Translations under genes and position numbers: made by a program
Origin: a virus
Taxonomy: Duplodnaviria; Caudoviricetes
Length of the DNA stretch: 26,655 bases
Strand: one strand, 5' to 3'
Virus record (IMG/VR): IMGVR_UViG_3300044513_002342
Location: 1-26,655 of that record
Shown here: piece by piece, positions 1 to 10,900 of the stretch
Layout: the number at the start of each line of letters is the position of its first letter
How positions within the stretch are numbered: the first letter of the stretch is position 1
The notes under the pieces: generated by a model
Database searches by the model: none
What the model saw: only the letters and a program-made list of their open reading frames with translations
What the model was told of the DNA's origin: nothing

Positions 1-1404
1 ATTAGAGACCTTGATGGTAATACATATGTAACTGCAGAAGAAACTGTAGGAGCAAACGACGATACGTTCTACTTCTACAACGGAAACGCAAACACTCTCA
101 AAATTAGTCCAACAAGATTTAGTTTTGAGACTATGAAGCAGGTCGCTTCTCTCAACGTTTCTGCTCCCGAATATACAGAATGGAGATCAAACACTCCAGT
201 TTCTGTGGATCAGTATCTCAAGCATCGTAATAATATTTACAAAGTAGTTGTTTCAGGTGTTACTGCTACTGATGGTAATGCACCTACACATACTTCTGGA
301 ACACTTCCAAACAATACTTGTGAACTTGAATATTTCACAACTGCTGTATCAAACTTATTATTCCAGGAAATTAATGAAGTTCAAATTGACCCATTTGGCG
401 ATACATATTTAACTATTAGTGGTGATTTGCGTCTTCGTAAAAATATCATTGCAACAGATATTAATGACCTGAAGTTACAACCTAATTCGGGTAAAAAGGT
501 AATCATTCAAGCTAATAGCACATTAGTCCTTCCCGTTGGTAATGATGATGAAAGAGGATCTCCTTCAACTGGATCTGTTAGATTCAATACATCCTCTAGT
601 CAGTTTGAAGGTTACGATAATAATGGTAACTGGGGTTCTCTTGGTGGAGTTAAAGACGTTGATCAAAACACATATATTATTCCAGAAACTTCTCCTGGTG
701 CTAACGAGAACATTCTCTTCTTCTTCAATGATAATATCAATACTATGCAGCTTAGCACTGCATCGCTTGATTTAACTAATATTGATACTATTACATCTAT
801 CAATAATACTGATCTTGCATTCCAGTTTTCTAATTTATCGTTTGATAACAATTCTACAGTTCTTGATAACACTGACGTAAACAAAACTTTCCTTTACAAC
901 ACGAAGCAATACTTTGAGTTTGGAATGTCAGGAGGTCTCACAGTTGATCCCCTAATTACTTTAGAAGACACTGGAGATATTTTCTACAACACTGCTTTTG
1001 GAACTGGCAACATTGAAAACTTGAAGATATTGAATAATGACTTAACTGAATTTGAAATTAGAGATTATAGAGTTCAGACTTCAAAATTCAATCTTGTTAA
1101 AGGAACTACTAATAATGGTTCCGCTCTTCTATATAACAAGAATAATCATAAAGGAGCAAAAGTAATTGCTATTCTGGAAAATACCATATCCAATAAGTCG
1201 TCAATGATGGAATTTAGTGTCATTGATAATGGAACTGATATATTCTATAATGAGTATGGATCATTGAATTCAAATGAAGACGGGGCAACCGCAGAGTTTG
1301 ACTTTGATATTGATGGTAACGCTAGAATTACATTAACACTGACGAATGATCATGCCGAGAGTGACACTGTTAGAGTAACTGTAGTTTCACAAATAATTAA
1401 GTAA
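1..1404 (+). CDS. C-terminal part of a large virion structural (baseplate/fibre-associated) protein, 5'-truncated by the window
   Basis: Frame 1 is open from base 1 (IRDLDGNTYVTAEETVGANDDTFYFYN...) into the listed 133..1404 ORF, so ATG133 is internal. It contains LPVGNDDER-x-GSVRFNT-x-FEGY, a motif common in phage fibre/structural proteins, and lies directly upstream of the fibre gene. Confidence 0.75.
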   Translation: MRDLDGNTYVTAEETVGANDDTFYFYNGNANTLKISPTRFSFETMKQVASLNVSAPEYTEWRSNTPVSVDQYLKHRNNIYKVVVSGVTATDGNAPTHTSGTLPNNTCELEYFTTAVSNLLFQEINEVQIDPFGDTYLTISGDLRLRKNIIATDINDLKLQPNSGKKVIIQANSTLVLPVGNDDERGSPSTGSVRFNTSSSQFEGYDNNGNWGSLGGVKDVDQNTYIIPETSPGANENILFFFNDNINTMQLSTASLDLTNIDTITSINNTDLAFQFSNLSFDNNSTVLDNTDVNKTFLYNTKQYFEFGMSGGLTVDPLITLEDTGDIFYNTAFGTGNIENLKILNNDLTEFEIRDYRVQTSKFNLVKGTTNNGSALLYNKNNHKGAKVIAILENTISNKSSMMEFSVIDNGTDIFYNEYGSLNSNEDGATAEFDFDIDGNARITLTLTNDHAESDTVRVTVVSQIIK

Positions 1405-1405
1405 G

Positions 1406-1915
1406 ATGGCATCTAATATTCAAGAGTTCGACTCCAAGCATGGATTCTCTGTAGATCAAACTACAGTGGTTGATTCTTTACGCAATGCAAAGGATATCAA
1501 TTCTCTTCAAATTAAAAATAGAAACTATTCTGATAGTTTTACAGAGTATTATATTTTGAGAGGATTGAATACTTCTATTCTGTCAACAGATGATGTTGGA
1601 ACACAAATCATTCTGCCAAACAATAGTGTAAGTTTTGTTAGAGCAACTGTTCTTGCAGTTAATGAAACAGGTGCAGGACTTTACCATGCAAAATTAGAAA
1701 CATCAGTTTCTACAAATGCAACGGGAGTTTCTACTGCTCTTTCTCAAATGACAACCGTTATTAAGGATACCGTCCCATCTGGTCAGTCATGGGTTATCGA
1801 ACCTTTTGTTGGCGGTGGTTCAAATAGATTTAGCTATGCTACCACAAGAGCAGGAACAACTCTTGCTATTAAATGGTTTGTATACACAGAGGTTGTCAAT
1901 ATTAACTATCTCTAA
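1406..1915 (+). CDS. Putative virion structural protein (169 aa, beta-rich)
   Basis: Starts 1 nt after the previous stop, between two structural genes. S/T/V-rich composition. No recognisable enzyme motif. Confidence 0.65.
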   Translation: MASNIQEFDSKHGFSVDQTTVVDSLRNAKDINSLQIKNRNYSDSFTEYYILRGLNTSILSTDDVGTQIILPNNSVSFVRATVLAVNETGAGLYHAKLETSVSTNATGVSTALSQMTTVIKDTVPSGQSWVIEPFVGGGSNRFSYATTRAGTTLAIKWFVYTEVVNINYL

Positions 1916-1916
1916 T

Positions 1917-1924
1917 GCTAAATA
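1917..1924 (+). promoter_or_regulatory. T4-type late promoter-like motif (GCTAAATA) upstream of the fibre gene
   Basis: TAAATA core in the 44-nt intergenic gap, ~35 nt before ATG1960. An AGGA ribosome-binding-like sequence lies just before the ATG. Confidence 0.6.
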
Positions 1925-1959
1925 AGGTAGGAGAAAAAGTAGGCGGAGCTCACTAGGAC

Positions 1960-4900
1960 ATGAGTTTTAATATCAATTCTGATAAGGAATTTATCTCAGC
2001 GTCTAAACCGAAGTTTATTGGAACAGCAGAATTTTCTGTAAGATCTGGAATCGGTGTAGATGAAAAAGAAGTAATCAGGGCACTTCTTGATTCTGAAGAG
2101 AAACTACCTCGTGTAGGCATTAATAGAACTGGACAAAGAGTCAATAACATTAGTATCATCACGGGTGGTTTTGGATATACTTCTGCGCCTACAGTAACAC
2201 TCAGTCCTCCTCCTAACGTTGAGGGTGCAGTTCAGGCACTAGCGTCTGCTTTTACCTTTAATGGTAGAGTTACCAGCATTGCAATTAATAACCCTGGTAA
2301 GGGATACTCATCTCCGCCTACAGTAACTATCACTGGTGGTAATGGTCAAGGTGCTTCTGCAGAAGCGTTTCTAGATACAGTTGATTATGAACTTGATATT
2401 AATGGTGCTATCAGAACGTCTACTTCTATTATTTCTGATACTGCGAGAATTCTAAACCTTGATATTGATAACTTTGTTACTCCTAATGCTGCTTTCAGGG
2501 GTCCAAACCTGAAAACTTATGTGAACAATACGGGAATACTTTGGTCTCCGAATGTTATTGTTCAGAAAGATGCTTATAGATATTTTGGTTCTAATGTATA
2601 CCAAGCAATAAATGCTGGTCAAACTGGCGATTTTGCACCAGAACATACTGATGGTATTGTTGAAAACGGTGAAGTTAATTTCAAGCATATTGGTTTCCGT
2701 GTCGTTGATTCCAATGCTTTTGCATATAACGAAACTGGAGAGGCTGGAATTTATCCTCGCTCTATTACTCCACTTCTTGGAGATAGATCAGATAAGATTG
2801 CTACAACAGAATACGTCCTTAACCTAGCAACAAATGACGTTGGTGGTCGTATCTACGTTTCATCACAGATTGGTTCTGACCTGAACGATGGTCGTTCAGC
2901 AGTCAATCCTGTTAGAACTATCAAAAAAGCAGCACAACTTGCTTGGGCAACTCCTGGTGTCAAAGAAACTATTATCGTTTCAGGTGGAGATTATGTAGAG
3001 GACAACCCAATTTCTCTGCCACCAGATGCTTCAGTCGTTGGTGATAACCTCCGTCTTGTTATCATTAGACCTAATAACCCTGGCAAGCATATCTTTAAGT
3101 TTGGTGATAAGAACTACGTTATTGGTGTTACTTATAGAGATAAGATTGATGCCAATGGAGATCCTGTTGCAACATGGGATTTCGCAATGGTATTCGATGA
3201 TAAGCAAAGAATTATCATCGATAGAGACACTAATGGTGACTTTGGAACAGATTTTCCAATTGGACACCAAGTATTTGGATCATCTAAGTTTAGAATTAAT
3301 TTCCAAAACAACAGTGGACTATCACAACTTACTAGCGGACTAGAAGCAATTGGTGTCAACACTGGTGCTCGTGGTGATATTTCAAACGTTGTATTTGATA
3401 CTTTAACTGGAAATAACGCTTATCGTAATGGATCATTAGATGTAGTCATTACAAGTGGTTCATTCCTTGCTGGTGAAGGATTTAGATACTTAATCAGTGG
3501 AACTCAAGGAGCACTATTAGATACTGCTGATGGAACTACTAGAGATAATGCATTAGATAATACTTTAGTATTTTCAAGTGATCCCTCACTGTCAAATATT
3601 AATCCTGGATCATATATTTACTTAGACGGATCAAGTAATGCATTAGTTTCAGGTGGATTTTATGAAGTTCTTCAAATTGATGATGATAGTGCTCCAACTG
3701 CATACTATGTAACTGTTGCTCCTATTTTAGGAGCTGTTGGATGGAGAGAAGCACAACTAGGAAATGTTCCTGTGTATGCAGCATCTGTTGATGAAGGACA
3801 ATTTGACTCCACTGGAATTGATTCAATTAGAGCTGAAGGTGAAGTTGTATTCATCGATGATGACTATGATACACCGCTCCCTATTGTAAGATTAGATTTT
3901 ACAAAGCAAGGAACTTTTAATGATGGTTTCCAAGATGATATTTTTGGAAATGCAGAAGATTTAGGTGGTGTTGTTTTCTATACAAGCGAACTAGTTGGTA
4001 GAGATAACACTCATGATTTCAAAGACGGTCAAGAAATTCTTATTGAAGGTCTTCCTACGACCTCTCCTGACTTATCATTCCTCAATGGTTATCAAAGGAT
4101 TTATAAAGTCATTGAAGATGCTGATGGTCGTTCAAGACGTTTTGTTATTCCAAAGAAAATTGATCCCAACATAGGATTAAATGCTAATGCTGATTTTGAT
4201 CCTGGTCAATTTGCTGTAGTAAAATCTTCTTCTCAATCAGTAACTCTATCACTACTCAACTCACCAAACACATTCCCTATCGCAACTCCTGTTGATAGAA
4301 GATTCCAGGATGCCTGCACATTCATTCGAAATAATAGAGATTTTATTGCGGATGAAGTTGTAGGAAGAATTAATGATGAGTTTAAAAAAGAGTATTTTTC
4401 TGCTTACAATATTAGTGGAACATCATTTGATATTTACTTAGGAACTTCTAGATTTGAGCACATATATGATGATCAAAATCCAACAGGAACAGTAACATTT
4501 GGTGGAGTTGATTATAACATCACCGATTTTATCTATGATAATGCTATTACTGGTATAGCAACTATTACAACCGCTTCTGCTCTTGCTAATTTCAATGAAG
4601 ATGATATTGTAAAAATTGCTGGTATTGAAGTTACATGTAATAATGGAACTAAAGTATATCCAAGTTTTAATATTCCAGTAGATGATAATCAGTGTCGTCA
4701 AGACGTTGTTCACTTCCTCAATGCCCTTGTAAGGGACCTTGAGTTTGGTTGTAACCATAATATGATCGAAGCTGCCGAGAAGTATATTGTAGGCGCAAAG
4801 ATCGACTATGTAGAAAATGAAATTATCCAGACTGTTCGTGCTGTTGAATATGCTAGAGAACTAGCAATTTACGCAATGTGTAACTGGAGAACTGGAAACA

Positions 4901-7900
4901 GAACTCCAGGAGAACCAGTATATGTTCCAAAGTATTCTTCTATTGAGAGATACTTTGATGATACTGTAATTACATCTACAGCTACTGATGGAGGAACTGT
5001 TGCATGTTCTAACGTAGAGTCTGCAATTTCAACTCTATCATTTATCTACATTGATGTTCTTGCTAATAATACATCAGGAACATACTTAGATGCTGCATAC
5101 TTAATTGCTCGTAACAGAGATCTAATTGCCGACCTAGCACTGAGAGATACTCAAATTCAGTATCCTTCTCTTGGTCTATCAGACATTCATGAGAGAAAGT
5201 GTCGTAGAGATATCAGTTATATCCTCGGCGGAGTTATTAGGGATCTTACTCTAGGAGGAAACTCTGGTATTGTAACAAATGCAGAAGCATACTTTACTGG
5301 AGCTGCTCTAACTGGTATTGATGCAAATCAACTCGCAGAGACCAGATATGCATACACAAGAGTAGCAGAGTATACTAAACATGCTATCAGGAATTGGACT
5401 GATACTACTGTTGGTGGGGTTCTTGACTTTACTGCATCAAATGCACAATACGATTCAACTAGTGGTCAGTTAATTGTAACGATTCCATCCGAACTTACTA
5501 GTTTAACAACTAGCGATAGAATCGCTTTTAAAGAAGGTGCATTAACATTTAATTGCACATCAAATGGTGGTGGAGATCTTGCATCACCAACTCCTACAGA
5601 TAGAAATTATGGTAAGAGTCTGCCAATTTCCAATGTTACTGTTGGTGGTGGTGTAACTTCTATCACGACTAATGTTGGTGATGCTGGAAGTGCTACTGGA
5701 GTTCCACATACTTTTGTAAGTGGTCTCCAAGATGGAATTATTTTAATCTTTAATCCAGTTGATACATCCACATCTCCTATTCCTATTTTTGAAGATTGGA
5801 ATATTCTGCTTTATAATACAACTCCTCTATGCTCTAATGTAGCATCTACAATTGATACAGAGTTTGAGTTGCTAGACAATATTTTAGAATATGCTGAAGA
5901 CGATACTTCACCTACTGCTATTGCTCCAGGAGCAACTACAGTAGATACTGGAACATTATACGATTATGCTAACGTAATCTCATATCCAGACAGCTACATC
6001 TATGACTTAAACAATCAAGTATGTGCTATTCGTGGTGATTACGATGACTATCCAATTATTGAGGCATCTCCATATACACAGAACGCATCTGTTATCTCCT
6101 TCCTAGGTGGTGGCGGTGCAGAAATTGATGGTGCTAAAGTTAAGCAACCTAACTGTCCTTTCCCTGGTCTAGAATTAGATGAAACGGCATCGTTCCCCAA
6201 CCAGGGTAAATCGATGGTTGCTGCGGCATTCACCATCGTCTCATTTGGTGGAACAGGATATAAAGTTGTAAATGATGGTTATACTCAGTTAGTTTCTGTT
6301 TTCGTTATCTTCTGTGCTGATGGCGTTCTTTGTGAATCTGGTGGTTATGCATCTATCACCAACTCCGCTACAAACTTTGGTATCTTTGCTCTAAGAGCAA
6401 TTGGTTATCGCGATGAACCATATGTGTTTGACGCTGGTTACTTCTCAGAAGGTTCTTATGTTCGTGCAGTTGTAACTAACGTTTCACAAACTCCAACTGG
6501 AAGAACTATCCTAACAATTGAAAATCTGGGTAGAGAACCACTTGAGCATTACATCTTAAAAGTTGATGGTTATAGTAGTGTCGATGAAGATACCGAATAC
6601 TTTATCGATGAAGTTACTCAGGTTGGTGCTGGTCCACCGTTTACAGCAACTTGTATTTTTGACGATGGATCTGGTAGTTCAGTTGAACTTATTGATGATG
6701 CTACTGGTAACACGGTATTACCTTCTGCTCTTGATGGAAAGACTATTAATTTACATAGACCATCTATCGTTAACTCATCTTCCCATACTTGGGAATTTGC
6801 TGGTTCTGGAACTAACTATCTCGCTCTGCCTGAGAACGGCGGAACTAAAGTAGAAGCGAATGAGCAGGTATCAGAATTTTATGGTCGTGTATATGTTTCT
6901 GGAACTGACGAACTTGGTGACTTCAAAGTTGGAACATTTGCTAAGATCGAAAACAGAACTGGTGCTATTACCTTCACTGGAACGGTTACCATTTCGGAAG
7001 TTGAATTCCTCAAACTGAAGGGCGGAGACGTTGTTGTTACTGGATTTGATGACTCTAACACACTGGGTGGAGCATCTTCTTCTGATAGTAAGATTCCAAC
7101 TCAGAAAGCGGTTAGAGACTTCATCACCAACAACCTTGGTGCATATATTCAAAAGGAATACTCAACTAACTCTGTTCCTAGAGCACTTGTAGAACTTACA
7201 GATTCTGGTAAGATTTCTCTTGATCAGATTCCTGCACTAAGACCTTTCGAGGTTTACACGGTATCTAACGTATCTGAAAGACTTGATATCGAAGGAGCAC
7301 TTGCTGGTGATATTGCTATCCAACAGGATAACAATACCTCATTCATTTTGAATAATGATAATGATAGTTTGTTCTTAGCATTTGCTGTAGATCCTTCATT
7401 GAATTTTACTATCAATGATATTTTTGAAGGTAGTATTTCAGGTGGTCAGATTCAAGCAACAGAATATAGAGAAGGTGTCTTATACAGAATCCTTATCACC
7501 GATCCTGGTTCTGGATACACAACACCACCAACTCTTATAATTTCTGGAGGAAATCCAGGATTGGGAGCAGTCGCAGCGTCTGCAAGTTGCACTATTGCAA
7601 ATGGTCAAGTTGTTACTGTAACTATTGACGATTTCAACAATTATGTTGGTGGCAAAGGATACACAACTCAGCCAACTGTCACATTCTCTGCTCCCCCTGC
7701 AGGAGGAACACAAGCAACTGGTCTTGCTTTGATTGAAAGCAGACTCTATGGTAATATTGTTAATGCTATTAAGATTACAGATACTGATACTATTCAGTCA
7801 AGTGATATCCCAGCAGAAACTATTAATATTACTAGAACTGTAAATACCTCTGCTTCAGATATTAACAACTGGGTATCTCTATCAACTACTACAGTTGACG

Positions 7901-10900
7901 CTAGAGATATTACGGGTGGTCCAATTGCTACAGACTTACTTGCAACAAACTCAACTGCTGCAAACTCTTACAGTTTCTTAAGAGGTGACCAGTCATATGC
8001 TCTTGCTGTTCAGTCACTCAAGTCTCCAGAAGAAAGATACTTTGCAAGATTAGCAGTTCAAGCAACATCAGGTTCCATCAACTTAATTTTCGAAACAAAC
8101 CAGAATGCACTTTCTGGTCACTTGATTGTTAATAGCGTTACTGGCATCCAAGAAGAAACTATTATTCAAACTGTCACCACGGAAAGTGGTTTGACTACAA
8201 TTGGTTTCTCTCAGGAAAAAGCATTGACTGCTACCATTCCTGCGGGAACAATTATTGAATTTAGAAGAGCAGTTTCTCCAATTAGATTTGATTCTACGTT
8301 TACACAAGGTAATTTCATTGAAGAAATTATCATTGCTAATGGTGGTAATGGATTTACTAATGGAGAATACTTCAATCAAACTATTACTGGTGGAACAGGA
8401 ACAGGTTTAAAAGCAACATTTATTGTTGAGAATAATACTGTCAAAGAAGTATTAATCACTGGTGGTGGTCAAGATTATACCACAGATTTCCAAACTAATG
8501 TAGCTCCAAGTGTTCTTGGCAGTGGAACTGGTTTGGATTTAAGATGCAAGAGATCTACTATTAACAGACAATATGCAAACGTAACTATTGATATTGACAG
8601 AGTTCAAGAAGGATCTATTGACCCAGAATATGGAACAGTCGGTGTTGCTAGATTTGATAAGCAGCAGTTCTTCATTAATGTGGGTGGTGAAGGTTCCATC
8701 AGACTGAAGACAGCATCTAACAGTGTTGACTCTGGTCTTGATGCTGACCTACTTGATGGTAAGCAAGGATCTTTCTATCAGAATGCTGGTAGTTTAATTT
8801 CTGGAACACTCGATTCTGATAGATTGTCTGGATCATATAACATCGATATTTCTGGTCAGTCTCAGAACACTATTAGACTTCTCACTGGTATTAACAACCC
8901 AGCGTCTAACCCATCACCTAACACCTTTAGTGAAGGTATTATTTCTGATACGAAGAATAATAATGCCGACCAACTAGTTGATGGTGGAACCAAGCATATG
9001 GTTCTTACCTTAAGACCAGGACCTGACGCTACATATGGTGGTATTAGACAGTTAGCATTTACAGACAACGACAATATGTGGTTGCGTGGTTCTGGAACTG
9101 GTGTTACCACATTCGGAACATGGGCAAAAGTTTGGACATCTGAAAATGATGGTATCGATACAGGTCTCGATGCGGACAGACTTGATAACAAGCAAGGAAC
9201 TTGGTATCAAAATGCTCTGAATATTAACTATGGAACTTTATCTGCAAATAGACTGCCAGAATTTATGGCAGCAAGTGCATTTAGAAATCAAATTAAAGTT
9301 AAGGCATTTAATGGTGATCCCAAGTATCAAATTTATGTCTCGGGTAGAATCCTATCAACTCTACCAATTCCAAACCCATTCACTCCTGGTAGTGCCGTAA
9401 AACTATACAATGCTAACTCTCAGGCAGTCGGTGACATCGAAATTGATAACTTAATTATCAATGATGACACAGCAGATAACTTCAATGACTACACAATTAT
9501 TGAAGGTAGATTGATTTCTGGTAACTTTATTGGTGCTCTGACAATCGGAACAGCAAGTAATAGAGTTGAATTCCAAGATTTCACGATTGCTAATGATAAC
9601 GTTATTGACATTGTAACAGTTGAAAGTGATGGTGGAACTGGTAACTTAAGACTAGGTAGAACTGATGGTCAGTCATCCAACCCTGGTATTTACTTCAATT
9701 CATCTCAGTTAGCAGCAAATTATAATGCTTCTATTGTTGCTACTGGAGGAAATGCAACTGATGGATCTGGAACTTTAAATGTTCAGGTTGTCGATCCTGA
9801 TGGATTTACTGTAAGAGGTAATATTGTCTGGAACGAAGGTAACGTTGTATTTAATAATACAAATGTAGTTAGTGTTTATAATGCTCAAGGTATTCCTACA
9901 TTAAGAAGTGCAGTAATGCGCGATGAAAATGGAGACTTTACTGCAAATCAAATTACTGTAAAGGCAGGTTTTGATGGTATTGTTGGAGCAGCGTCACTAA
10001 ACGTTCTAAAAACTGGCGATGAAATGTCAGGAACTCTTGACATTACTGGTGCTGGATCTAATTTGACAGTTGAAGGTCTGACCGACCTGACTGGAAACGT
10101 TACCATGGAGAACGATCTAACAGTTGCTACAGACGTTCTTTATGTTGACTCTGCAGACACTGCTGTTGGAATCGGAACAACCAATCCACCAGATAAACTA
10201 TCAGTTATTGGTGGTGTCTTCTCGATTAATTCTGGTGCAAATGCAGATGCAACTGATATTGGTTCTACGAATGCTTTTGGTATTGTATTTGATGGAACGA
10301 CTGGAACTGCATATCAGACAGCAAAGTCAACAACTTTAAGCACTGCAATTTCATGGGGAACTGCTGTTGATGGAACAACTTCACAAAAACTGAAATTAGA
10401 TAGTTCTGGTGATTTACATCCACTACTATCAACTCAAGATTTAGGACTCAATAGCACAAATAATAGATGGAGAAATCTATATGTAAGTAATGCATATGCG
10501 AAAGCGAAAGCAACTATTGGAGATGCTAGTGGAAACGCTGGTGCTCCACTATACTTCTTGGGTGCTAGTGGTTTTAGAAACTTCCGTGTTGGTAACCAAC
10601 TGCTTGCTGATGATACATTTGAAATTACTCCAAGCACTGCTAATGGAGGAGAAGCATGGGGTTCGACTCCCGCTTTGTTCATTAAAGGTTCAACAAATCA
10701 GGTTGCAGTAAATACAACTGCTTTCTCTGGTCAAGATACATCTGGAGATTCACCTGTTACCAGACAATACCAACTGAATATTCAAGGAGATCTAAACTTT
10801 AATGGTCAGTTGTTCCAAAATAATGAAGAATTCGTTACTTCTAGATGGACTCTTAATAAGACAACTAATAATATCTGGAGACTTTCGAGAGTCGGTATTG

